Assembly (NCBI RefSeq): GCF_018977255.1
Contig: NW_024704751.1
Location: forward strand, 8,308,001-8,372,000
From: Callorhinchus milii
Taxonomy: Eukaryota
Direction of reading: 5' to 3'
DNA length: 64,000 nucleotides
A program made the position numbers and the translations under genes. This document shows, one piece after another, positions 34,650 to 47,600 of this stretch. The stretch's first letter is position 1. Every line of letters starts with the position of its first letter. The notes below the pieces were generated by a model, which ran no database searches, was not told the origin of the DNA, and saw only the letters and a list, made by a program, of their open reading frames with translations.

Positions 34650-37600
34650 TCACCCTGCCAAAGGCAGCGTCAGTCTCTCCTCCCCTAAGAAGTCGCCGTC
34701 AAAATCTCGGAAGGGATCGGGAAGGGCTGTGAGTTTCTCGGCGGAGAGCGGGGAGTCCATGGGAAGTTTCTGCAGTAAGTCTGGATCGAAGGACAAGCCC
34801 TGGAAGAAGTGCTGGTGTGCGAAGTGGTCGAGGAGTCGCAGACGACGCAGGGGGTTCTTGCACAGGAGCTGAAACACGATCACAAATGCGGTGAAGCACG
34901 TGTGCAGATCAGGGCACGTAATAAGGTAAACATTAAACAATGCAGACAACTGCTTCCAATAAACCAGGTCAGTATATTCTCTGTTGTACTTCTCTGTCTC
35001 TTGAAAGTGGTGCTCTGTGCTGGACTACGACTATGTTTTGCTGTACAGTTCTATGGGCACCAGGTGTCTTCCAGAACCTCACTTCAGTGACCGTTTTAAT
35101 TTGTGAGTGTTGGCAAGTATGGAGCGGGTCCTACTCTAAAGCCACTTACTGCAGCGGGCTCTGGAAAGTCACCGGGAGCAGAAAATCCAGGCCCACGTTC
35201 CCCCTCCAAAGCCCAGGTTAATGAGCACTCATACTCCATTGTCATCAAAGAATCTCTAATACCAGAGACCAGTAGCAACCTTGCTGTTCTGTGTGGCTCA
35301 CAATGCAGTATGAATATCACACTGTATATCAATATCGCACATTAATAATATAACACAACAGCGTGAATTGTATGTCAATATTACACTATCATGTTTGTGC
35401 TGAGCAACTCTTAACTCCCTGCGCAGCACAAACATGATAGGTCGAATGACCTTCTTTGCTGCTCATTTCTGTCATACTAACTATAGGATTATCCTACCTC
35501 TGCAAGTAGGAGGGCAAGGCTGTGGCTGACAGTCGCTGGAGGTGTTAAGTCGGCCATCTGTACGCTGACCAGCATTGCGGAATGGTCGGTTTCAGGCTCC
35601 ACAGGAAACTAGCCAGAGATGGAGGAAGAAAAAAAAACTGCATGAGCTGAAGGAGTGAGCAATTCCAAACAATCCATAAACATCAAGTTCGTCCCGAGAG
35701 AAGGGATAAATCACGCCAACATTCACTCTATTTATAATCACGCCAACTGAATTCAACGGCTCGACCGTGAAGACTACAGGCAAGGAGGGAGCGTTATCAC
35801 ATTGCACAAACCTGCTCAGCCACTGACCTCAAAAAAAGACATTCAATTTAAAATGTGTCAGAGCAAAGAAAGTGAGGTGTGTGACAGTGCTGTCCTTACC
35901 CGGTTGGTTGCCAACACGTGCAGCAGTATTCCCAGCGACCACCAGTCTGAGGAGTGATTGTAGGGCCCTCCACTCAGCACTTCAGGGGCTACCGAACAGC
36001 AGCAACAACAAACATCAGTTCAGAGGGTCCAGCGTAGAGCAAGCAGCAGCTCTGACCATCACACAATGGAACCCCCACCACAGCCCCCTTCCCATCACCC
36101 CCATCGTTATACACCCTTCACAAAGTAGTCCCCGCATTCACCAATATACTGAATTGATGATCTTCCAATTTTAAGATCCATTTCATTCCTGCGTTGACCA
36201 TCTTGCTCAGGTTTCCCCGATCGATTCAGTTGATTTGATTCCACGACCTGGTTGGCATCGCTTGCCCTCGGCCACTTTGTTTCCAATAGGTCACTCTCAC
36301 TCGTTTCCACCCCCCCACCCACCCTCCAACCCCGACTCCCACATACTCCCTCTGCCAGCCCCCAGCTTACCCATGTACTGCATTGTCCCACAGATGGTGT
36401 ATGCTCGCTCTCCCCGGCGTAGTCTGTGTGACAGACCGAAGTCAGTCAACTTCAGGTGGCCTGAGATACAGAGACTCTCATCACTACCAGCACCACCTAC
36501 TACAACGAAAACAGAGGCCTTGTGCCTCAACTCAGCACAATGCTGAGAGTAAGTTATACATTGTGAATTACTCAGCCAGAGTGACAGCCATGTACAGTGC
36601 TGTTGACAGCATATAATATACACACAATGAGATCTGCAGGAAATAAGCATTACCTCAAGAGTTCACAGTTGAGTTACCGGCCTCGCTCTAATTCAACCTG
36701 TCTGGAGGGAATGATTGAGGACATGACTAAAGCAGGTCTCCAAAAGGAAGGCTACACTCAGGCCAGCGATTCAATTAGTGGAATTGAATTTATTGGGAAC
36801 CATTTGCGCTCACAAAGTTCTCCTCCCAGGAACACATTTGATTTAAAATCCAATAATGGCTAATTCTTTGGGGAATAAATACCTTTTACGTCAGATTTTT
36901 GGATGGATTCAAGCTTACCTTTGTCGTTGATAAGAATATTCTCCATCTGAAAGAGTGAAAGGTTAGAGATCAGAGTTCATTGAGATGACACGGAATTTGG
37001 TGGAAACAGGCCACAGGCTCTCCTCTCCCTCTCCCAAAAAGAGCCTGGGTCTTTTCTCTTACCCTCCCTGCAGAATGGACCAAGGCCTTTTCCCGCACCC
37101 ACCCCCCTCCCCCCGTGGCTGTGTGCGGACAAGTCTGAGTGTCACAATGTTTTGAGTGAACAAAATCTCCAGTTCTCAGCGAGTGATCACCTGAGAGGTG
37201 CAGCACTCAGCCAGTTCTCAGTCATGGCTGGTGAGCCAAACATAACTTGTAAGTGTGTCAGCCTGGCTCAGCTGCCTCTGAATCCGAAGGTCATGAATTC
37301 AGAGTCTTGGCTGACACCAGTACTGGGGGAGGGCTGCATCGCCCACAATACTTCATCAAGCCGCTCGTATTCGGACACAGGAAATCGGCCGAAGGATTGA
37401 ATGCAAACGTCTCTTACCTTCACGTCGCGATGAATGACTCCGAAGTCATGGAGAAACCCTGAAATAGAGTGGAAAACCAAGGATAACAACTACCAGTATC
37501 TCCCTAGGATTGAGATTGCAATGTGTTTCCAGGTAAAAATAAAGGGCAGCCCCCAGAGCCTCCTCCCTTTCGTGGGGGTCCCGAGACTGCTGTGCGCAAA

Positions 37601-40600
37601 TTGGCTGCTGGAGTCTGATACCTCCCCCCTCCCTCTCTGGCTTGGTGGCGGACTCCACCACTCTCAAGCACCCTGGATGCTACCAGAGGACGCTGTATAA
37701 ATGCAAGTTGCTGTTGCATATCAAATGCAAGAATAATTATTGTATCCATTTGTTTGTTTGCATGTTTGTTTATAAAATAAAAAGACATATTTACATAATT
37801 TAGATATATTTATACACACAAAATAAAAGCTGCAGAACAACGACTCACCCAACGCAGAGCCCAGCTCGGCTGCAAACACTCGGAGCTTCCCCTCGGCGAA
37901 CGGCCCGTGGGTGGACCAAAGCATGAAGAGGTCACCAGTGGAGCAGTAGTCGCACACTACAGAACCAGAACAAAACACAAGGCGCTCAGCGGTAGGGAAC
38001 ACACAGCCAAACTCGTCCCGTGGCAGGGAGGGGCTTTGCATGAAACCTTTTGACACTGGAGGGCAGTGTGAATGAGCGCTTCACTCCCAGGCAGTGCAGC
38101 GACAGAAACTCAGTGAGATGCTTTTCGCTCATTGTAAACCAGTGTGGAGAAATAAGAGCGCAAATTAAAGTCCTACCTGCAATCGTGCCACAGCACCAAT
38201 TCAGATGATGCGCATTCAAATCAATTTCACCGACAAAAAACAACGGGAAGAATGCTACATGCCTGTTCAGGTGGATGTTAAAGAGAGGGGGGGGCTTTCC
38301 CCCGGTGTCCTGGCCAACAATCCATCCACCCGACAAATTTTTTTTTGGTCACATTCACTTCATGGCTGTTTGTGGGACAGATTGGTTCAATTCCACACTT
38401 CCCATCACACTGCTGTTAACATGACGTCTGCTAAAAGAAACTGAGGTGTACAGAAATGATGCAAGGGAGTTGGAGCAGCCCCAGTCTCACCCTGCGTCTG
38501 CGTCAGCTACGCCCAAAGGCTCGATAAACAGTGCGACACACAAACGCATACAGATGTGCAACAAATATTCTAAAACAGCTGGCGTGCTCCACGACAAGCA
38601 AAATCAAGCCAGTTTAGAGTATTCTCAATGAAGCAAAACTGGTCCTGCATTTGAAATCGCATATCTTTATGCAGTTTCCAGGAGGAAAAAAATGTTTCCA
38701 GTGAAATTTATCCTCCCTCCACCCACCCGCCCGCCCCTCCCATTGCCTATCTGAGCTACATTACATTGGGAATCACTGAGGGGTGTCAAGCATTTCCTTA
38801 CAGATAGTTCCTACGAATGGTTATCGACATGAAACGTTAACTCACTTTCGTCTCTCTATAGATGCTGCCTGACTTGCTGAGTGTTTCCAGCCACTGTTTT
38901 TATTTTAGGGCAGTGAGGTTGCGCATGCGTATCTCGTGGTGACAGGTTAAACAGGAAACACTGAGCAAGGGAGCGCACTGAGCCCAGCCCCTCCATAACA
39001 CACCAAGACCAACCTGGCATGATGTGGGCAACAGCGATAGGAAATAGAATAAAAGAACACATGCCTGGTTTACTCTTGTGTGTGTGAGTGGGGGAAATTA
39101 GTTGGTTTACAGTCTGAAGGGGGGAACGGGAAATTGATCTTATACATCCCACACCCCCAGATGAGTAAATGATTGCGGTATCTATTCTGCTTTTTATCTT
39201 GAACAAGTTTCTCACCAGTCCGAGCGAAGTACAATCTCAGCACATCTTTCAGAGTACGGGCTCCTACTTTACAGAAGGCAGATCCAGTGCCCAGTGCAAA
39301 GTGAAGGATGGCCTTCTCCATTCGCTTCTACCACACAAACAATGCCAGCCAACTCACCAGTGTGGATAAGCTGAAAGACCCCCTCCTCAAAACAGATCAG
39401 TCATTTGGTTTCAGCCCGATAGTCAAAGAATTCTTTACTCTTCCTGTAAATTTCAGCTCGAACCAATTGGGACTGAAACAAGCCCAGCAGTCCGCAGATC
39501 CTTACAGGTTGTTTTTTCCCCAACACCCTGTTACAATGCTCTATAAACATTGCATAGAGGGCAGGTCACTGCGGTTAAACAATTGATGAGAGAAAGCGCT
39601 CCCTTGACATGTTCACCCCTTTGCACATCACCACACTTTGGTGCCTCTATTCCATTTTCCCATGAAGTAAACACAAGCGGAGCCAGTAAAAGCTATATCT
39701 ATTGGGATTATTACAGGTCAAAGAAATCAAAGACCCTTCTCTCGCTCCTGAAAAACTTAGGAGCCATACTGCATAGAATTTAGGTCCCGACAGTAATGTC
39801 CAAACACCTCAATATGTGCTCCACCCATCCTAGCTCACTCACCCCACTACCTTATTCCCCAGGAGCCCTGGAGGTAAATTTTCACATTATCCACAATGGT
39901 AGCTCTATTATTGGGTTGGTTGGCATCTTTTGAAGACTATTTGTGTAAACTAGTATATCACAAGAGCTCTGTGGAAGGAGGCTACTCTAGAGGGTAGCAG
40001 CTAACACAAAGCAATTGCACCAAAACGCCAATACATCTGTCAGTCAACTCACTAATAAAGAGCTGCCGTGATGTCTGCCAACACTCCAGTAAACTCAGCA
40101 CAAACGGATGCCGAACCTGTTTCTGGGAAGGAGAATGAGAAGAAAAGCATTTCCGGAAACTGCTCCCAACTCACCGATGGGAGAGAGGAGGAGACTGGAG
40201 CACGAGGGAATCAAACCAACAAAAACAACAGCATCTACTGAGCAGTCAGTGAGGATCAGACTAAGAGTCTTCACAACCGGACGCAGAGCGAGTATCTATT
40301 GATCCTGCCTTCCCAACTGATGGAAAGAATGTGATAGTTACTAGCAATGAAACCCAGAGAAGGAAAAAGAACTGGGTCAGGTTATACGTTGATGGAAACT
40401 TTCCCAATAGCTTGATGGATGAAGGGAACCGTGGTTGACAAGTCTTTAGGAGAGATGGGTGGGGGAGAAGGAGGTGGGGGGAGAGAGAAAAAAAACGCAG
40501 ATATTGATAATAATTCCTGCATGTGTTTTACTTTCTCTTCCTGAAATTGTAAAGTAAAGATGAACCCAGACCAACTTCATAAACACTTCAAGAGAAGAAT

Positions 40601-43287
40601 TCAATGTGAAAACGAGCTTGCAATAATCTCATCCTGGCAGTGCTGGGATTGTGCTGCTGGTGCTCCATTACCTATGGCAGACTCAACTCTCAGACCAACA
40701 GACAAGCGATCAGAGAGAGGTATTAGTGTCCCGTACAGCAAGCTGCTGGTTAGTTACCTGGATAATAACTTCATCCTTGCATTGCTGAAGGACGTCTTGC
40801 TGCAGAACCTCTGTTTTCAGCAACACCTAGAGAAAAGGCACACAAATCGAATCAGCACAGTGCTGCGAAGCCTAAGAGTAGAGTTACAAAGCCATAAGAC
40901 TATTCCCTCACACACCTAAGCCAGCCTGAGCAAAACAGTAGTCACGTTGGTCACAATGTTTGATTTAGACAAAGGAATCTCAATATCTGACGAAGACTAA
41001 AACTCCCTCCCTAGGGCAAACTCAAGTTCTCCAGCACTTTAGGTACAAGTATAAATTAACAATACTGTGGGCCTATTTTCCAAATGTCAATTGGTCACAA
41101 TGTAAAGTTAATTGTAAACCCATCTGAGCTACTAACGTCTTTTCACCTCCAACCTTTCAAACTAAATTGCACTTACTTTTACAGCGTATATCTTCTTCTC
41201 AGTCCCTTGAGACACTTTCAAAATCGATCCAGACGAACCTTTTGCGATGAATGCCAGAACCTAAAGCAGTGAGAAATCAGAGTTACCATTGAAGATGCAT
41301 GAGCACACCTCCTCTGTATCTTTCATCCCAGGAATTTGGGTCCCTGACTGTCCAGCACCTTGGAACGTCTTCCCGACATGAAAGGCGCTGTACAAGTATA
41401 ATTTGTTGTTGTTAGATTTGGATCACACGCGTTTTGTTTATACAACCTCCGATTTCATTACTACAGACTGAGTCACAGTATGACAGGTTACACCCCATAA
41501 CTGATAATATAATAGGCTACTATAAAAACTATAAAGTAAATATAAATATATATTATATATTTACATAAAAAATAGGAAAACCCTATAATTAAATAACTCA
41601 TTAGATCATAGAATTACATTTTATAAATTATTATTATTATTATCTATAACTATAAATAGGTTTACACCAAAGTTGTTTTCTACACTACACCTATATTCAC
41701 ATCAGTCACTGTAGCTGATAAAAGTGTATGCATCAAGGGGATAATAGGGGATAGGGGAGTGGTATTTTGAGTTAGGAGATGATTTGCTTATAAAATACAA
41801 CTAGGGCAAAGAAATCTAAGTGGTTTTGACAGGAAACTGAATGGAACTCGGGCGCATTTTTAAAACGTGTGCGTTTTGGATGATCATACGATTTATAAAG
41901 AAAAGACGTTGTCTTACTGTCTCTCCTCTTAAACTCATTTAAATACCAGCAGGAAAAGATACCATAGAACTTAGTGGCGGGTAGAATAATAAACCCATCA
42001 GGGCTCACTACCTCAAACTGTTGCTCCAAAGGCTGCGATCGGAAGGGGAACTCCGGGAAGAAGAGCGAGACGAAGCGGGGGAAAGGCCATTCTGGAGGGC
42101 ACGCAGCATCAACGGTCTGCGCTCTTTTCTCACAGATCTGCAAGGGGTCCGGAAAGGGCTTGCGGGCTGCTTGAAAGGGTCCGAGGGTGTACCAGCCGGA
42201 GACGGAGAGACCCACGCTGGACAAGACGCTTTTCCACTTGGAGGCCGCGGCTTCTTTCTTGGTCAGATGACCTCTCTGTTAAATCAGCAGGAGAACACCA
42301 CCAATGCCGCGCACTGTTTACAACGCTCACGCAACACATTAGAATCAACGTCACAGATAATACAAACGACAAATACATAATTTTCTCCCAACCCTCTTTC
42401 ACCTGTTGCCTATTTTCAGCGAAACGAAAGGGCGGTCGGATCTCTTTTCGGGGCGGTAACGAACCCCCCCCCCACCCCCGGCGTTTTCTTTTCAAAAAAT
42501 AAGCGACAGTAACCCAGGGGACCGCTCAACCCACGACTGCTTGTGGGGACGCCGCTGCGGCCGCTGCACCGCGCGGCTAACCTTTGCCCGGGGGGCCGGG
42601 GCCCGCCCGACCCTGCGCGAGGAGGGGGGGGGCTGCACCAACCCACGCAGGTCCCGCGAAAAGCGCTTTGCTGGGGGCGCCTCGGGGGCGCGATAAGGCG
42701 CTACGTCAAAGACAACTACGATTATTATTATTATAATTATATATATATTATATATATATATATACGCGCACACGCACGCGCGAGCGCTCTGCACGAGGTT
42801 CAAGGGGTCACCAACCGTCACCCCCAGCACTGCTCTCACAGGGTTAAGGCCTCGGGCCTGGTTGCGTGTGTGTGTGGGTGTGTGTGTGGGTGTGGGTGTG
42901 TGTGTGTGTGGGGGGTATGTGTGTGTGGGGGGGCAGTGTGTGTGGGGGGGTGTGGGGGGTGTGGGTGGGTGTGGGTGTGTGGGGGGGGGTGTGGAGGGGG
43001 TTGTGTGTGTGGGGGGTGTGTGGGGGGGTGTGTGTGTGAGTGTGTGGTGGGGGGGTGTGTGGTGGGGGTGTGTGTGTCTGGGTGTGTGTGGGGGGGTGTG
43101 TGTGTGTGGGTTTGTGTGTGTGGGTGTGTGTGTGGGGGGGTTGTGTGGGTGTGGGTGTGTGTGTCTGGGGGTGTGTGGGGGTGTGTGTGGGGAGGGAGGG
43201 GGGGGGAAGAGAGAGGATCACCTGCCGTGTCCTCCCGGGCTGCTCGGGCCCCGCTCCACCCCGGCCTGTGCTCGGCTCACTGCCCAT
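34650..43287 (-). CDS. RSKR: Ribosomal protein S6 kinase-related protein (SGK494), AGC-like Ser/Thr kinase, 12 coding exons, about 412 aa
   Basis: Exons 43287-43222 (MGSEPS..., Kozak gcggcgATGG), 42275-42012, 41260-41177, 40826-40758, 40122-40053, 37956-37849, 37458-37418, 36946-36919, 36460-36371, 35988-35900, 35608-35498, 34868-34650 total 1239 nt, in frame. Motifs [61 protein letters not shown]. Confidence 0.92.
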
Positions 43288-44245
43288 CGCCGCCGGCTCC
43301 CGCTTCTCCTCTCACATTATCCGGCTCTCTCTCTCCCCCCCACCCATCCCCTCACAGGCCGCGGTGTCGTCTGAGTTCCCTGTCACAGGCTGAGCCGCTG
43401 CCAGCATCAACTGCTACCCCCTCCCTCCCCCCCGCGGCAAGCACCCTGGGATACTGGAGGTCTCCGTGTTGGAGGACTCGAAGCCAGTCATGACACCCCG
43501 CCCCCCGCAGCACCCTGGGATACTGGAGGTCTCCGTGTTGGGAGGACTCTAAGCCAATGATGACAGATAGCCCTCCCCATCCCCCCCCACCCCCAACAAG
43601 AAAAACCCCACCTCCTCCACAAAAAAAACCCCACCCAAAAAAAAACCCTCCCCAAGAGACTCTCCAGAAAGCCCCCCCACCCAAGAGACATTCCCCGCCC
43701 CCCCCAGAGACATCCCCCCCACCCGAGAGACGTCCCCACAACCCGAGAGACGTACCCCACCCCCCCACAGAGACATCCCCCCCCACCCGAGAGACATTCC
43801 CCGCCCCCCCCGAGACATCCCCCCCAACCCGAGAGACGTCCCCACAACCCGAGAGACATTCCCCGCCCCCCCCCCGAGACATCCCCCCCCAACCCGAGAG
43901 ACGTACCCACAACCCGAGAGACGTACCCCGCCCCCCCCAGAGACATCCCCCCCCTGAGAGATATCCCCCAGAAAGCCCACCCAAGAGAGATGTCCCACAG
44001 CAATGCCCCCCCCAGCTACAATCCCCCCCACCCCCCCCGCACACACCCATATACAATATATGCAGGGGGTGGACTCGATTCTATCTTGAAATTCCATTGC
44101 CAAACATGCACCTTGCACTCAGTTCAGCTCCAAAGAAACCCCTTTATATTTTGCCCCCCCCCCCCCCCCACCCACCCGGGAAGATAGTCTCAAGTTGGAC
44201 AATAAGGAGTTGGGCGGGATTTCTGATCAACTTCAGACGATGTGA

Positions 44246-44249
<4 letters not shown>

Positions 44250-44278
<29 letters not shown>

Positions 44279-44415
44279 GCCTTGCATTTGATATAGCGCT
44301 TTTCACACCTTCTCGCCGTCTCGAAGCGCTTCACAAAATAGAGTGTAAAGTGAATTGACTGTATATTTGCGGGCGAAACGCGGCAGCCAATTGCGCACAG
44401 CAGCGTCCCCACAAA
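44250..44415 (-). mobile_element. Representative 3' fragment of the dispersed SINE/LINE tail family
   Basis: Motif GTGAAGCGCTTTGAGACGTCTCGAAGACGTGATAAGGCGCT.TATCAAATGCAAGG(ATT)n. More than 25 fragments in the window, e.g. about 1300-1420, 2400-2520, 4610-4690, 6190-6300, 10540-10640, 15215-15280, 15710-15880, 18100-18220, 18525-18640, 20485-20600, 23430-23600, 32150-32310, 33600-33700, 61980-62110. Confidence 0.85.
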
Positions 44416-44484
44416 CAGTCGTACGCAAACTGTCTCATACAAATACAGCAGTTCGTTCTCAACCTCTTAACTTATTTCCTGGAA

Positions 44485-44666
44485 AAAAAACTTTACGTAA
44501 AGTGGTTGTTTTTTTCCCAACTGAAAAACAGGTTGTACATCGGCTCCCAATTCAGATTAACCATTATTGAAATTCATCACAGTTGTTTGAACAGGCAGAA
44601 GCGACAAACAAGCTCTGGGTAAATACAGAAGGAACATTCCAGAACCTAGAAGAATCCACTGCGGAC
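44485..44666 (+). promoter_or_regulatory. VTN copy A proximal promoter with liver-type sites (paralogous region at about 51680-51860)
   Basis: Conserved between both copies. C/EBP-PAR-bZIP-like TTACGTAA at 44493 (TTGTGTAA in copy B), HNF1-like ATTAACCATTATT at 44556, FOXA-like GTAAATA at 44619 (GTAAACA in B). Motif matches are by eye only. Confidence 0.45.
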
Positions 44667-47600
44667 ATGAGGTGGCTGGCGGTGGTCATTCTCCTCGGCT
44701 CCTTCGTCTGTCCAGCGTCCACCGACCAGGGTAAGGGGAAACGGGCTTACAAGCCATCAGGCTCTACAGCACTTCACTGAGGGACCAGAGAGTTTAAAAG
44801 GGAGACGGCTAGATTCCTGGCAATCATGGGGATAAAGGAGCGTGGGGAAAAGGCCACTCCTCCTGTTCTTATGAGAGAGAGGTGAGTTGAAGACAACTCA
44901 TACTCCAATCTCCCTGCACTCTCCTCTCTCTCTACATCTCTCTGGCTGTCTCCCTCGGTTTGCCATACTTCAGGCAGTGCCTCAGTGTGTTAACCACTGG
45001 CTAGTGTGCAGTTGAGCTGTACGGAATCCAAAAAGTCCCAGAATAACATGGCTGTCTGGGTTGAGTTGGCCAATTCGCCGGAGGTGGCCTGGCGATAGTA
45101 TGGGTATTCCAGTTGACCTCAGGCTCTTGCTCCTGCTGGAGCATGTGTTGCCATTTCAGCCCAACTTCTAGGGATATTAAATACCCCGCTGACAGTCTGG
45201 GCTAACACACAGGTGAGGTGATTGAGGCTGGCAGGAATGGAAGGACTCTGAGGATGTTGCTTTCTGTAATGACGCAGATTTCCACTTGTTTTTGCCTCCT
45301 GTGGCACAGGTTCCTGTGTCGGCCGCTGTGCTGATGGCTTCAACGAGACCCATAAGTGCCAGTGCGACAATCTCTGCCACTTCTACAAGAGCTGCTGTGT
45401 GGATTATAGCACCGTGTGCAGGCGAGGTAAAGAAAGTGGCACAAAGGCAGCATCACTCTCACTCATGGAAATACTGAACACTGCAGAGGGAGCTTTAGAG
45501 TGTCTCTAACCCTGACCTGGGAGTGTGGACGGACAGTGTAGAGGGCGTCTTTACTCTCAAAGCTCCAGCTGCTATGTTGGAGGTATGGCTTGGCCCTTTG
45601 AACTGAGAGGAGATCCCCAGAGTACCGTTTGGTGGTTGGTGGAGTCCTGTAGCTCAGTGGTTAGAGCACTCGCCTTGCAAGCAAGACAACTGGGTTCAAT
45701 TCCAGGCAGGGCGAAACCTTGGGCAAGTTTCCTTACTCTGCACACCTGATAATAATCCCTCCAAAAAAAAACAATAATAGATCGGTCATTTTCAATCCAC
45801 ATCTGTTTGTGGACGCTGCTGTGCGCAATTGGCTTCCATGTTTCGCCCACAAATATACAGTCAATTCTGCATACAGCATATTCTGTGAAGCGCTTTGAGA
45901 CGTCTCGAAGACGTGACAAGGCGCTATATCAAATGCAAGGATTATTATTATTATTTGGTGTAGCTCTGTGTCAGTCACTGCCTGGAGCACTGTGTGAGGA
46001 AGGACTGAGAACTCTTGTTATGCAGGTTCATGTTTTTTTAAAGAAAGAGTGGAAGTGAGGAGAAGCCTAACCATGTGTTTCTCTCCTGATGATTGCTGCC
46101 CCAGCCCACGGCGATGTCTTTACTGTGCCTGAGGATGAACATGACGATGATGACGATGAGTTTGATGATGATATTAATGGGGGAGTTACAGGCTCCAGTC
46201 TTCCATTTGTCTCGTTGAGAAATACAACAGAACCAGAGACAGCAACAGAACTGGCAATGGCTCTGGAACCAGAGACAGCAACAGAACTGGCAATGGCTCT
46301 GGAACCAGAGACAGCAACAGAACTGGCAATGATTCTGGAACCAGAGACAGCAACAGAACTGGCAATGGCTCTGGAACCAGAGACAGCAACAGAACTGACA
46401 ATGATTCTGGAACTAGAGACAGCAACAGAACTGGCAATGACTCCGGAACCAGAGACAGCAACAGAACTGGCAATGGCTCTGGAACCAGAGACAGCAACAG
46501 AACTGGCAATGGCTCTGGAACCAGAGACAGCAACAGAACTGGCAATGATTCTGGAACCAGAGACAGCAACAGAACTGGCAATGGCTCTGGAACCAGAGAC
46601 AGCAACAGAACTGACAATGATTCTGGAACCAGAGACAGCAACAGAACTGGCAATGACTCTGGAACCAGAGACAGCAACAGAACTGGCAATGACTCCGGAA
46701 CCAGAGACAGCAACAGAACTGGCAATGACTCTGGAACCAGAGACAGCAACAGAACTGGCAATGATTCGAGAACCAGAGACAGCAACAGAACTGGCAATGA
46801 CTCTGGAACCAGAGACAGCAACAGAACTGGCAATGGCTCTGAAACCAGGACCGAAACCCAATGATCTGTGTTCCGACAAAGAATCCTTTGATGCCTTCAC
46901 TGACCTAAAAAATGGATCCATCTTTGCTTTCAGAGGTAAGAGCTTTCAGCATTCACACACAGTCACCCTCACATTGTCTCCGCCACACACTCACCCCCGC
47001 ACTCACCCCCACACTGCCTGTCTCTCTCTTCTCAGGGGAATACTTTTATGAACTGGACAGTTACAGCTTTCGCGAAGGATATCCTAAACGCACCAGTGAT
47101 GTCTGGGGCATCCCAGGCCCCATTGATACGGCCTTTACACGGATAAACTGTGAGGGCAAGACGTACATCTTCAAGGTAAATTCTGATCAGCTTCCTTTAT
47201 TCTCTTGCTCCTCGGTGCTGACTGGTGATGGGGTTTGCTCCCGAGCACCACCTCAGCCAGGCGGCCTCTCTCCACGCCTGAGCCAGGAATTGTGTCCACA
47301 AGACATCCAGCTGGCTCCAAGGTGACGTTCCCAGCATGGAATGTCATAATCTGAAGCTGTAAACCACTCCAGCCTTTACAATATAATCATAATAATAATC
47401 CTTACATTTGGAATAGCGCCTTATCAGGTGTGCGAGACATCTCAAAGCACGTCACAGGAATCACTTCGCTTTGTTCTGTATTAAACTGCATCTGCATCTG
47501 CCATCTACCTGCCCATTCTGCAAACCTGTTTGCCTTCCTGTATCTTCTTTGCAATTGTCTTCATCACTCACCACATCCCTGGGGATGTGATTCCAAAATT

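Noticed and set aside
45641-45715. tRNA gene (Ala-like, TGC)
   Set aside because: It is the head of a SINE. It continues into the SINE body and (ATT)n tail, the cloverleaf is imperfect, and other copies vary at the anticodon.
46067-46921. Antisense ORFs of 284 and 215 aa over VTN-A exon 3
   Set aside because: They are shadows of the 36-bp repeat, which has no stop in those frames.
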